A stretch of DNA of 32,000 nt from Candidatus Saccharimonadota bacterium (GTDB taxonomy: Archaea; Nanobdellota; Nanobdellia; Pacearchaeales; GW2011-AR1), in NCBI GenBank assembly GCA_049511795.1, contig JBEKXS010000001.1, positions 358,288-390,287 on the forward strand, in the 5' to 3' direction. Every line of letters starts with the position of its first letter. Within the stretch, counting starts at the first letter, position 1. The notes below the pieces were generated by a model. It searched no databases and was not told the DNA's origin. It saw only the letters and a program-made list of their open reading frames with translations. The translations under genes and the position numbers were made by a program. Positions 6,572-15,452 of this stretch are shown piece after piece.

Positions 6572-7182
6572 TAAGAATCCTTGTACCTTCCGCGGGCTTC
6601 AACTTTCTTGAACTGTTCCAAAACACTTTTGGTATTTTTTGAAGAAGAATAACCTTTTTCAACTTCATGGAAAAGGATTTGCCAGTGTATGAAATGTTTT
6701 GCCTCCAAAGCTTGCTTAAGAAGATGCAAATCAACTGCCTTGTCTTCTGTTTTGTGGCTGTGAAATCCAAGACCAAAATCAATGAAAAAAACTTCATTGT
6801 CTTTCAAAATCATATTGCTTGTCGTCAAATCTCCATGAATTATGTCCGCATCATGGAGTTTTGCAATATTTTCCCCTATTTGTCTGCAGATTTCTTTTTG
6901 CTTTTTAAGAGAAAAAGAATCAAGATTGTCTGAAAGTTTTTTTCCATTGATGAATTCCATTGTTATCTCTTTTGTTTTTTCATCAACTTTCTTAACATGA
7001 GGAACACTTGCAACTTTTCCAGCTTTTTCAATTAGTTTTGCTTCTGATCTTGTTCTTAACTTTCTTATTTCCTCATCAATTTCAGGAAGCCTGTAAGATT
7101 TTTTTATTCTTTTTTTTATAACAGAATTATCATCTAACAAAATTACAGCTTCTGCACCTTGCTGAATTACTTTTTCTGCCAT
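6568..7182 (-). CDS. bud32: Bud32/PRPK-type small protein kinase (KEOPS subunit)
   Basis: Short atypical kinase: GAEAVI, IKKRI.K.YR, EAKLI, ITMEFI.G, IIHGDLTTSNMIL, FFIDFGLG, EDKAVDLHLL. Size of 204 aa is typical of archaeal Bud32. Confidence 0.85.
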   Translation of the reverse strand: MAEKVIQQGAEAVILLDDNSVIKKRIKKSYRLPEIDEEIRKLRTRSEAKLIEKAGKVASVPHVKKVDEKTKEITMEFINGKKLSDNLDSFSLKKQKEICRQIGENIAKLHDADIIHGDLTTSNMILKDNEVFFIDFGLGFHSHKTEDKAVDLHLLKQALEAKHFIHWQILFHEVEKGYSSSKNTKSVLEQFKKVEARGRYKDSY

Positions 7183-7193
7183 TTTTGTTTAAT

Positions 7194-7586
7194 TTAATGG
7201 TCCCAAAGATAAATAAGAAAGACTAAGCCAACAAGTAAACCAAAATCTACTAACAGACAGAATTCACAAATAGCTTTTATAACAAAAATCTGGATGAATA
7301 AAAAATAAAGTGAGATCAGGGAACCAATTATGACTGCCGCATGAATAATATTTCTTGTATGCCTACTTGGATTATTTATATGAAACAAAGTCAATAAAAT
7401 CATGAAAGAGAAAATGAAAATGCCGTAAACCGAATTTTTTATCCCAAATAAAGAAGCATAAGGAGAGCTGTTGACTATTGAGCATCCCTGGCCTGGAGCA
7501 CATATTCCTGTAGAAGGATTTGTTGTAATTATTATAGAGCTTATCAAACCAATAACAAAAACAAAAAGGAAGACTTTGTATTTCAT
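7194..7586 (-). CDS. VKOR-family membrane thiol oxidoreductase
   Basis: Polytopic membrane protein with loop Cys pair and motif GICAPGQGCSIVNSSPYASLFGIKNSVYG, plus a CxxC in the last helix (AICEFCLL). This is the VKOR arrangement. Confidence 0.6.
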   Translation of the reverse strand: MKYKVFLFVFVIGLISSIIITTNPSTGICAPGQGCSIVNSSPYASLFGIKNSVYGIFIFSFMILLTLFHINNPSRHTRNIIHAAVIIGSLISLYFLFIQIFVIKAICEFCLLVDFGLLVGLVFLIYLWDH

Positions 7587-8134
7587 CTTATAAATTGAAG
7601 AATCTCTGGGATTTTTTCAGTTTTATTAAAATGTTCTTCATCCTTTTTAATTATTACTTTTGCTCCTAAATTTTTTCTAAATTTTTTAACTTCATCAAGA
7701 TGAACAAAAGGGTCATTGTCTGAAAAAATAGCTAAAAATTCATTGCAATGGCTAAGAACTCTTGAAAAATCAATTTCAGTGCTTGTCCAGGGATGAGCAA
7801 TTTTCATTTCTTCCTCACCTTGATTAATCAAATCAAACCACGGAGCAATAAAAGCACATTTTCCAATTTTTACATGTTTAGGCAGTTTTTCAAGATATCT
7901 TAAAATTGTCTGGCAACCTATGCTATGACCAATAAAATAAGTCTGTTCATCAACATCTTTGATATTTTCCTTCATATAATTAACCCATTCTTCTATTTTT
8001 GGCTTATCTGTATTGGGCATATCAAAAATAATTAATTTTATATCTATTTTATCAAATTCCTCTTTAAGCCAGGAAAACCAAGGCTCACTTGAAGAGTTTC
8101 CACCCCATCCATGAATTAAATATACTTTTTTCAT
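7583..8134 (-). CDS. Alpha/beta serine hydrolase, YdeN/RBBP9-like
   Basis: VYLIHGWGGNSSSEPWFSWL, nucleophile elbow FIGHSIGC, C-terminal D..H region (SDNDPFV ... EEHF). Confidence 0.6.
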   Translation of the reverse strand: MKKVYLIHGWGGNSSSEPWFSWLKEEFDKIDIKLIIFDMPNTDKPKIEEWVNYMKENIKDVDEQTYFIGHSIGCQTILRYLEKLPKHVKIGKCAFIAPWFDLINQGEEEMKIAHPWTSTEIDFSRVLSHCNEFLAIFSDNDPFVHLDEVKKFRKNLGAKVIIKKDEEHFNKTEKIPEILQFIR

Positions 8135-8583
8135 TTTTTGATAAATCTTACCTTTAAAGTTTCAAAGTCTTCTTCTTTATTTGGTCCTGTGAAATGAAAG
8201 ACTTCAAAATGTAAATGTGGAGCAAATGTGAACCCAGTATTTCCAGAATAACCTATTAATTGCCCTCTTTTTACTCTTTCTCCTACTTTTACCAAAACTC
8301 CTTTATATTTTAGATGCTCATAACCAGTAAATTCTTCATTTATGTGCCTTATTACAATTCTATTGCCATCATTCCAATATTTTTTATCTGGACCACCAAT
8401 ATTTGAGTTATTTTTAACCCATACTACCTCTCCATCTAAAGCAGCAAAAACAGGTGTCCCTTCTTTACACAAAAAATCAACAGCATTTTCTAATTTTCCT
8501 GTATGTGCAGGAGGTTCTTTACTTAATATTTTGCTGACGTCTTTTTTTTTGATAGGAAAGCTATATTGATTTTTACTTTTCAT
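8131..8583 (-). CDS. M23 (LytM-type) metallopeptidase domain protein
   Basis: VFAALDGEVVWV..GNRIVIRH..GYEHL..VKVGERVKRGQLIGYSGNTGFTFAPHLHFEV. No obvious signal peptide. Confidence 0.8.
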   Translation of the reverse strand: MKSKNQYSFPIKKKDVSKILSKEPPAHTGKLENAVDFLCKEGTPVFAALDGEVVWVKNNSNIGGPDKKYWNDGNRIVIRHINEEFTGYEHLKYKGVLVKVGERVKRGQLIGYSGNTGFTFAPHLHFEVFHFTGPNKEEDFETLKVRFIKK

Positions 8584-8584
8584 G

Positions 8585-9952
8585 TTAAAACCTTATTTTT
8601 TTGATTTTGCCGAATTTCTTTGCGAGCTTTTGCATTTGTCTTTGATCAAGTCCTTTTGACATATCCATTCCACTGCCTGATTTAACCATTTCATTAAGGA
8701 GCTTGTACTGTTTGAGAAGAGAACGAACATCACTTCCATGAACACCTGCACCCTGGGCAACACGAGAAATTCTGCTTGTCTGCTTTTCCAGCAATTCTGG
8801 ATTTTCTTTTTCCTCTTTTGTCATTGACTTGAGAATATGTTCCCATTTTGCAAGTTTTGCTTCTTGGCTTTCAAGAACATTTTCTGGAATTTTTGCTGAA
8901 CCAAAGCCTGGAATCATTGATTTTATTTTTTCAAATCCACCCATTGAATTCATTGAACGAACCTGTTCTATAACATCTTCAAGACTGAGTTTTCCTTCTG
9001 CAATCTGTGCCTGCATTTTTTTCTGCTTTTTTTCATCTGTTACAGAGCGTATTTTTTCCATTAAAGCTTCCAAGTCCCCCATACCAAGAAGTCTTGAAAG
9101 GAAAGATGATGGATTGAATTCTTCAATATCATTTATTTTTTCACCTGTTGTTATAAAATAAACAGGAGCTTTTGTTTCAGCGCAGGCAGTTAATGCTCCG
9201 CCTCCTTTAGCTGTTGAGTCCATTCTTGTTATGATAACTCCGGTAATTTTCAATGCTGCAAGAAATTCTTGAGCTTGCTTTTTAGCAGCCTGTCCAATAT
9301 CGGCAGGCATTACAAGTATTGTTTCTGTAGGCTTGATTTCCTTGTCAAGCGCTTTTATTTCTTCGATTAAATCTTTGTCTAGAGTATGCCTTCCTGCTGT
9401 ATCAATAACAACAACATTGTAATCTTTCAGCTGTTTTTCAAAACTTTTCCAAAGCTTCACAGCATTTTTTTCTTTTAAATCCACAAAACAATTCAGGTGA
9501 TTTCTTTCTGCAAGTTGCTGCAATTGTTCTGGGGCTGCTGGCCTGTAAACATCAAGACCAACAAGTGCTGACTTGTTTCCACGTTTTGCATAATAATTTC
9601 CTAATTTTGCTATAGTTGTTGTTTTACCTGCTCCATACAAACCAAGAAGCATAATTCTGTTCTGTGTTTTTTTCAATTCAAGAGGCTTGTATTCACCAAG
9701 AATTTTTGTAAGCTCGTCATGAAGAAGCTTGATTATGTGCTCTTTTTTTTCTATGCCCTTAATTCTTTCATCGAGAGCTGCTTTTCTTATCTTTTCGCTG
9801 AGCTCTTTTACAAGAAGAACATTAACGTCTGCTTCAATAAGCGCACGCTGCAGGTCTTTTATTATAGAATCAACCATATCTTTGTCAAGAAATATGGCAT
9901 TTGCTATCTTGTTTGTTGTTCTTCTTAACAAGTCTCCTAATTTTTCTAGCAT
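8585..9952 (-). CDS. srp54: Signal recognition particle protein SRP54
   Basis: N domain, then G domain GLYGAGKTTT, DTAGR, TRMD, and a Met-rich M domain (MNSMGG..IKSMIPG..MQKL). Confidence 0.95.
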   Translation of the reverse strand: MLEKLGDLLRRTTNKIANAIFLDKDMVDSIIKDLQRALIEADVNVLLVKELSEKIRKAALDERIKGIEKKEHIIKLLHDELTKILGEYKPLELKKTQNRIMLLGLYGAGKTTTIAKLGNYYAKRGNKSALVGLDVYRPAAPEQLQQLAERNHLNCFVDLKEKNAVKLWKSFEKQLKDYNVVVIDTAGRHTLDKDLIEEIKALDKEIKPTETILVMPADIGQAAKKQAQEFLAALKITGVIITRMDSTAKGGGALTACAETKAPVYFITTGEKINDIEEFNPSSFLSRLLGMGDLEALMEKIRSVTDEKKQKKMQAQIAEGKLSLEDVIEQVRSMNSMGGFEKIKSMIPGFGSAKIPENVLESQEAKLAKWEHILKSMTKEEKENPELLEKQTSRISRVAQGAGVHGSDVRSLLKQYKLLNEMVKSGSGMDMSKGLDQRQMQKLAKKFGKIKKIRF

Positions 9953-10017
9953 GTTTTAGCAACGCTGGGAAGAGTTATTAAAGTTTTGGTTAATTTATGT
10001 TTGTACCATTCATAAGC

Positions 10018-10025
10018 TTTTTATA
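10018..10025 (+). promoter_or_regulatory. TATA box TTTTTATA with upstream AAGC, ~26 nt before the ATG at 10048 (leaderless-type promoter)
   Basis: ATAAGCTTTTTATAGC. The same AAAGC-TTTT(T/A)A(T/A)A pattern precedes tRNA-Leu and tRNA-Arg. Confidence 0.35.
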
Positions 10026-10047
10026 GCGAAAACTACCTGAAAATCTT

Positions 10048-10314
10048 ATGAATAAAGAAAGCCAAGTAGAAAGATTAGAATTAGTTAAAAGAGCTCTAAC
10101 TATTTTATCTAGTGATAACGAAAAATATTTTTCTGTTGGTAAAATATACAGGCATGGAAAGAGAAAAATGTGGAAACATGGAGATAACTCTCCTGGAACA
10201 ATTTCTGGTCTAGAACAATGTCTTGATGAATTAGTTGGAACTGGTTTTGCACAAAGAGTAACCGCAGACTTAGGTGATACTACTAATCATTTAAAACTTT
10301 ATAGAGTATATTAA
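10048..10314 (+). CDS. Hypothetical protein (88 aa)
   Basis: ORF with a promoter-like element at the right distance. No recognisable motif. Confidence 0.45.
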   Translation: MNKESQVERLELVKRALTILSSDNEKYFSVGKIYRHGKRKMWKHGDNSPGTISGLEQCLDELVGTGFAQRVTADLGDTTNHLKLYRVY

Positions 10315-10324
10315 TTTTACAACT

Positions 10325-10726
10325 CTAAACTTTGTAGATAATCCACTGAGCCTTTCCAGGAAGTTTCTTTTCAAAACCAGCATTTACAGGGTTTAAATTA
10401 GGATAATTAACCCAAGGATTCATCCAACCTTTGTTTGTTTTCAGAACATAATGCCCAATATCATATTTTTTAGAACGCTCGACAAAAACAATTGTTCCTG
10501 GTTTTTGTAAAAACTTTTTCGTTTTATTATTTACTTTAACATACTGATAGTTTAGTCCATTTTTATTAAGAGCCTTTACTATCTCATTACAATAATAACC
10601 TCTTCTTGAAACATATTTTTTATTAAAAAATTTCAATGCTTTTTTATAATTAATATTTAAAATACTTGCAGTACAAGCAATACCGCAACCAGCAGTATGT
10701 TCCTGCATTATTGGTTTTAAATTCAT
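10325..10726 (-). CDS. Stand-alone papain-like Cys peptidase domain, C39-like
   Basis: N-terminal QEHTAGCGIACTASIL (Q..CG nucleophile context of C39 peptidases) and downstream DIGHYVL (His). Only 133 aa. Confidence 0.45.
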   Translation of the reverse strand: MNLKPIMQEHTAGCGIACTASILNINYKKALKFFNKKYVSRRGYYCNEIVKALNKNGLNYQYVKVNNKTKKFLQKPGTIVFVERSKKYDIGHYVLKTNKGWMNPWVNYPNLNPVNAGFEKKLPGKAQWIIYKV

Positions 10727-10727
10727 T

Positions 10728-11798
10728 TTATAGTCCTAGCTTTTCAGTGAACTTTCTCTTGTCAAAAGGCTCTAGGTCCTGGTAGTTTTGACCTGTTCCA
10801 AGGAAAAGAATAGGTCTTCGTGTTACATAGCTTACAGAAACAGCTGTTCCGCCTTTTTCATCGACATCTACCTTTGTGAGAATTATTCCGTCAATTCCAA
10901 CAGCTTCATTGAAACTTTTTGCTTGCTCAACTGAATCATTTCCTGTTATACTTTCTCCTATGAAGAGCTTTAGGTCAGGCTTGCAGACATTTGAAATTTT
11001 CTCAATTTCTTTCATGAGATTTTTTGCAGTGTGCATTCTTCCTGCTGTATCGATAAGGACAACAGGAATATGATTTTTCTTTGCATAGCTTATTGCATCA
11101 AAACCAACTGCAGCAGGATCAGAGCCATATTGCTGGCTGATGATTTTTATATTGAGCTTTTCCCCGTGTTTTTTCAGCTGTTCAATGCTTGCTGCACGAA
11201 AAGTATCTGCAGCTGCAATAACACTTTGCAATTTTTTGCCTTTAAGATATTCTGCAATTTTGGCGATTGTTGTTGTTTTTCCTGTTCCGTTTATTCCGAC
11301 AAAAAGGATTACAAACGGATCTTTTGAATTTGCCTGCTTTTCTGCTACTTTAACCACGATGTCAAAAGGATTCATCATCATTTCTTCAATTGTGTCTCTG
11401 AGCGTGTTTTTTATCTCAGATTCTATTTCTTTTTTAATAAGCTCTTTTCCCAAAACATGCCTTTTCAGCTCCCAAATTATTTTTTCAACAGCAGTATAAG
11501 CAACATTATTTTCAAGAAGAAGATTTTGAAGGTCTTCACTGTATTTATTGAAATCCTGCTCTGAAATTTCTGTTTTTGATATTTTTGACTTTATTCTTTC
11601 AAAAAACCCTTCCTTTTTTTCAGTCACTTCTATCTTTTTTTGCTGTTTTTCTGATTTTTCTCTGATTTCTTCTCTTGGTTCTGGCTTTTTTGCTTCTTCT
11701 TTTGAGAACTTTTTAGCCCAGCTGCTTATTTTTTCCTTTAAAAACTTAAACATACTTTTCACATGTTTTGCACGTTTATAACTTTTTTTAGTGAACAT
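10728..11798 (-). CDS. ftsY: SRP receptor FtsY
   Basis: Charged K/E-rich N-terminus, then NG domain GINGTGKTTT, DTAGR, TKVD, and C-terminal LGTGQ. Confidence 0.93.
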   Translation of the reverse strand: MFTKKSYKRAKHVKSMFKFLKEKISSWAKKFSKEEAKKPEPREEIREKSEKQQKKIEVTEKKEGFFERIKSKISKTEISEQDFNKYSEDLQNLLLENNVAYTAVEKIIWELKRHVLGKELIKKEIESEIKNTLRDTIEEMMMNPFDIVVKVAEKQANSKDPFVILFVGINGTGKTTTIAKIAEYLKGKKLQSVIAAADTFRAASIEQLKKHGEKLNIKIISQQYGSDPAAVGFDAISYAKKNHIPVVLIDTAGRMHTAKNLMKEIEKISNVCKPDLKLFIGESITGNDSVEQAKSFNEAVGIDGIILTKVDVDEKGGTAVSVSYVTRRPILFLGTGQNYQDLEPFDKRKFTEKLGL

Positions 11799-11832
11799 AA
11801 ATTTTTATAAATAAAGTAAGCTGTCTTAGTGA

Positions 11833-13140
11833 ATGAAAGGGATTTTGGTCATTCTTGACGGTCTGGGAGACCTTGATTGCAAACAACTCGACGGAAAAAC
11901 TCCACTTGAAGCAGCTGAAATGCCAAACCTAGATTTCTTGGCAAATCGGGGACATATGGGATTTATGTACCCCGTAAGACCTGGCTTTGTGCCTGAATCA
12001 GATGAAGCTGTTGTTTCTATTTTTGGAAATGATATTATGGATAGTTCAAGAGGGCAGCTTGAGGCAAGAGGAGCAGGCATTAATTTAACACGAGGAGATT
12101 TTGCAATAAGGGTCAATTTTGCAACAATAGACAATATTGAATCAGGAAAAATTATTGACCGAAGAGCTGGAAGAACACTTACAACAAATGAAGCAGAGAT
12201 TCTTGCTAAGGCGCTTAACAAAATAAAACTTCCTTGCGAGTTTGAATTCAAATCAACAGTACAACACAGAGCTGTTCTTGTTTTGAAGGGAGGCTTTTCA
12301 GACAATGTTTCTGGAAATGATTACACTTACACAGGAGGATCTGCAATAGCTGCTGAAAAAATAGGCGTTTTCAAGCCACTTGATGAAGAAGACAATTCAA
12401 CATACACTGCAAACGTATTAAAGGAATTTGTTGATAAGGCATATGAAGTTCTTGACAAGCATCCTGTGAATGAAGAAAGGAGAAGGCGCGGATTGCTACC
12501 TGCAAACTTCTTGCTTATGAGAGATCCTGGTATTGAGCCTCCAAAACTTAAATTCTACAAAAGATGGATGGCTGTTGCCTATATGCCTCTTGAAAAAGGA
12601 TTTTCAAAAATTTGTGGTATGACAAATTTTTCATTTGATTATCCAAAACTGAAAAATCTTGATGCATATTCTAATTTGTGGGACGGATTGAAGAAAGCAT
12701 GCGAGTTCTCTGAAAAATCATTAAGAAAAAATTTCAAGGATTTTGATTATGCCTATATTCATTTTAAGGAAACAGATTTTCCAGGGCATGATAATAAACC
12801 ATTTGAGAAGAAACATATGTTGGAATATATTGACAAAACATTCTTCAAGTTTTTGGTTTCTTTTGCGCCACCGAATAAAATAAAGGTGATTGTTACAGGG
12901 GATCATTCAACACCTTGCAGACTGAAGGCGCACAGCGCAGATCCTGTCCCTATAATGTTTTACAACCAGTCCTTACCAAAAACAAGAAGCTTTGGTTTTG
13001 GAAGATTTTTTAGGAAACAAATTTCTGAAGAGGGAGAAAAAGAACAGAATAAAGTAAAGTTCTCTGAAAGAGAGGCAAGAAAAGGCACTTTGGGAAGAAT
13101 TCTTGGGAAGGATCTTTTGGAAAGGTTAGGATTTATTTGA
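11833..13140 (+). CDS. apgM: Archaeal-type cofactor-independent phosphoglycerate mutase (ApgM)
   Basis: ILVILDGLGD N-terminal metal site and TGDHSTP near the C-terminus. Length and layout fit ApgM. Confidence 0.8.
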   Translation: MKGILVILDGLGDLDCKQLDGKTPLEAAEMPNLDFLANRGHMGFMYPVRPGFVPESDEAVVSIFGNDIMDSSRGQLEARGAGINLTRGDFAIRVNFATIDNIESGKIIDRRAGRTLTTNEAEILAKALNKIKLPCEFEFKSTVQHRAVLVLKGGFSDNVSGNDYTYTGGSAIAAEKIGVFKPLDEEDNSTYTANVLKEFVDKAYEVLDKHPVNEERRRRGLLPANFLLMRDPGIEPPKLKFYKRWMAVAYMPLEKGFSKICGMTNFSFDYPKLKNLDAYSNLWDGLKKACEFSEKSLRKNFKDFDYAYIHFKETDFPGHDNKPFEKKHMLEYIDKTFFKFLVSFAPPNKIKVIVTGDHSTPCRLKAHSADPVPIMFYNQSLPKTRSFGFGRFFRKQISEEGEKEQNKVKFSEREARKGTLGRILGKDLLERLGFI

Positions 13141-13205
13141 ATGCTTCTTAATTATGATTTTTTAATACAGTAATCATTAAAAACGCCATGTGTTTTTGAG
13201 GCTTA

Positions 13206-13760
13206 ATGATAACTTACAACGATATTTATGAAGCTGCAAGGAAAGAGCGATATTCAGAGCAATTGCAGCAAATTTCCAAGAATTTTGTAGAGGAAGTTGC
13301 AGAGTATTTGAAAGACAAGAAGGAAATGGCTTCCAAGGAAGATGATGTTTTTTCAGAGGCAATTGCAAAGACAAAAAAACAGCTGGAAAATGCCATAACT
13401 CTTTTCAAAGAACTTTTGCTTAGAAGAAGGAAAAAAATACTTGCCCTTGTTCTGATTGCAACTGAAACAGGCATTTCAAAACAAGATTTTGAGAACATGC
13501 TTGGATTTGAAAAAGAGCTTTTTGAAGCATTAATGAAAAACATAGACCTGACTGATAAAAGCATCCAGGAAATATTAAACGGCAGAAAGAAGGAAGAAAC
13601 AAATAACGATCTTATCATATTTAAGACAAATGTTGATGAGTTTATGGATATGGAAGGCGGAAAACTTGGACCGTTTGAAAAAGGCCAGATGGCGAACATT
13701 CCAAAAAGCATTGCTAAAATTCTAATTGATGACGGGAAAGCAGAAATCGTGCAGAGATAG
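13206..13760 (+). CDS. GINS-like replication factor subunit (Gins51-like)
   Basis: N-terminal ITYNDIYEAARKERYSEQLQQISKNF and C-terminal GPFEKGQMANIPKSIAKILIDDGKAEIV. These resemble the archaeal Gins51 pattern (..yGPf..GD...lP...a..L...G.Ae) as I remember it. Confidence 0.5.
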   Translation: MITYNDIYEAARKERYSEQLQQISKNFVEEVAEYLKDKKEMASKEDDVFSEAIAKTKKQLENAITLFKELLLRRRKKILALVLIATETGISKQDFENMLGFEKELFEALMKNIDLTDKSIQEILNGRKKEETNNDLIIFKTNVDEFMDMEGGKLGPFEKGQMANIPKSIAKILIDDGKAEIVQR

Positions 13761-13763
13761 ACA

Positions 13764-13860
13764 AGCCTGTGGAGGGAGTTGAACCCTCGACCCCCGGTTA
13801 TTTTGGATTTTTATTGAAAAATCATACAAAACCGATGCTCTGCCACTGAGCTACACAGGC
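13764..13860 (-). tRNA. tRNA-Thr(UGU) with 25-nt intron at canonical position 37/38 (intron 13800-13824)
   Basis: Reverse complement folds as GCCTGTG/TA/GCTC-AGTGGCA-GAGC/A/TCGGT-TTTGTA|intron|A-ACCGG/GGGTC/GAGGG-TTCAACT-CCCTC/CACAGGC/T. The intron forms a bulge-helix-bulge motif (see findings). Confidence 0.9.
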
Positions 13861-13906
13861 GTTATTTTTAGTAAAATCAACTGCTTTAAAATGTTTTCCT
13901 TTGGTA

Positions 13907-14314
13907 TTAAAAATATTCATATTTATCCGCTAACCTTACCCCTTTAGTTTGATTATTTTTTGTTTTTTCTAATCTTAATATTGCTTCAGTCATTCCCTCC
14001 ATATCTTCTATAGGAATAAAATACCCCTTTTTATTCAAGTAGTCATAAATAGCAAAATAATCTATTTCTTTTTTAGTATACCTTTTAACTTGCCAATTAT
14101 TAGAAGATTTAATTCTGCAGTGAATTGCCCCTTTAATTGGAGAAGTTGATTTTACTTGAACTCTCTTAAAATTTCCTTCTTTTTCTATCAACAAATCTAT
14201 TGGACTATCTTCACCATAAGGTAAGAAAATTTGCCACCCGTTTCTTAAAAACTCAGCAGCGAAACGCATTTCACCTTCTTTTGCAAGCTGTTTTTTTGTT
14301 GTCATACCTATCAC
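13907..14314 (-). CDS. PD-(D/E)xK-fold nuclease-like protein (Hjc/archaeal endonuclease-like)
   Basis: GEMRFAAEFLRNGWQIFLPYGEDSPIDLLIEKEGNFKRVQVKS follows the E...D...(E/Q)xK spacing of Hjc-like nucleases, but with Q in place of E. Confidence 0.4.
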   Translation of the reverse strand: MIGMTTKKQLAKEGEMRFAAEFLRNGWQIFLPYGEDSPIDLLIEKEGNFKRVQVKSTSPIKGAIHCRIKSSNNWQVKRYTKKEIDYFAIYDYLNKKGYFIPIEDMEGMTEAILRLEKTKNNQTKGVRLADKYEYF

Positions 14315-14370
14315 TAACTATGTGACTGGTCTTTATATAATTTATGTTATCAATTTAAAAGATTTAGTAT

Positions 14371-14862
14371 TTACAGCTTCTTTTTCCACTCTTCTAACTT
14401 TTGGCCCTTAAGGTGTTTGTCCAAAATCTCTAATTCCTCATAAATACCCTCTATTAAATCATAATTTTTTGCTTCTTCTAAAGAGACCCATGCATAATCT
14501 GTTAATGAATTACAAAGTTTTACATCACCGTCGTCATAATCAGCAAATAAACTTACTATTATTGTTGGGATATTATCTGGGCGTATATAAGATAAGCTAG
14601 TTACATACCCTATATTTTTTACTTTTAATGCTGTTTCTTCCTCAACTTCTCTTTTAAGGAGATTCTCAAAAATATTATACCAATGAGAAGACGTGTCTTT
14701 TGGGCGAGAAGAATAATCTTTTAATTCAAGCTTTCCGCCAGGAACAGTCCATTGGTTTGGGAAAGCTTTCTCAGTCGGCGCTCTTTTTGTAATAAGATAT
14801 TTCCCATCTTTGATAATAATTCCAGTCACAACAAGATAATGGGCTTTATTCTCGTCATACAT
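14371..14862 (-). CDS. NUDIX hydrolase
   Basis: Nudix box GGKLELKD...LLKREVEEETAL. Confidence 0.8.
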   Translation of the reverse strand: MYDENKAHYLVVTGIIIKDGKYLITKRAPTEKAFPNQWTVPGGKLELKDYSSRPKDTSSHWYNIFENLLKREVEEETALKVKNIGYVTSLSYIRPDNIPTIIVSLFADYDDGDVKLCNSLTDYAWVSLEEAKNYDLIEGIYEELEILDKHLKGQKLEEWKKKL

Positions 14863-14903
14863 TAAAATAAAGAATTTAGCAATTATATAAAATTAATTGT
14901 TGT

Positions 14904-15440
14904 CTACAGCTTTTTTACAACCCTGAAAATTCTGATTTCACAGAGTGCAAGAGGGTAAATCTTCTTAAGTTTAAGGCTTAAGGGCCTTTGCATTCTGCCC
15001 TGTATTAATTCTTCAAACAAAGATTCTGCTGTCTTATCTTTTACATAATTTATTATTTCTTCTTTTGCTTTTTCCCTCAAGGCTTTCCTGATTTCTCTTG
15101 AGACTTTTTTTCTTGTAAGCAAAAAAGGCTTTATTTCAACTATAGCATCCTTTGTTTCTGCAGTGAAAGAATCTTCAACATAATTTGCTCCCTTTCTTAT
15201 CATTCTTCTTATGAAATATGGAAGAATTACAAACTCCTTTGGATATGCCTTTGCCTTATTATCCTCGACTTTGACGTCCATTGTAAGAAGAACACTCTTT
15301 CCTCTCAACATTCTTGTCAAATCATATTGTATTGTCCTTCCATTAAGTTCTGGAAGCTCAAAAGCATAAAGCTGTGTTTCCCTGCCTAGTATCGGCATAT
15401 CTACATCAAAAAATTTCTGTTTTTTCTTTGCCTGTGCCAT
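14904..15440 (-). CDS. rps3ae: 30S ribosomal protein S3Ae (eS1)
   Basis: N-terminal KKKQKFFDVDMPILG... and overall S3Ae pattern and length. Confidence 0.88.
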   Translation of the reverse strand: MAQAKKKQKFFDVDMPILGRETQLYAFELPELNGRTIQYDLTRMLRGKSVLLTMDVKVEDNKAKAYPKEFVILPYFIRRMIRKGANYVEDSFTAETKDAIVEIKPFLLTRKKVSREIRKALREKAKEEIINYVKDKTAESLFEELIQGRMQRPLSLKLKKIYPLALCEIRIFRVVKKL

Positions 15441-15452
15441 TTTTATTTATTT

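Noticed and set aside
6564-6797. 77-aa minus-strand ORF overlapping the bud32 3' region
   Set aside because: It is an alternate frame of the motif-supported Bud32 gene.
13907-14314. PD-(D/E)xK gene next to tRNA-Thr as the edge of an integrated element
   Set aside because: I noticed no duplicated tRNA 3' fragment (att-like direct repeat) and no integrase gene nearby. The neighbouring genes are ordinary housekeeping genes.
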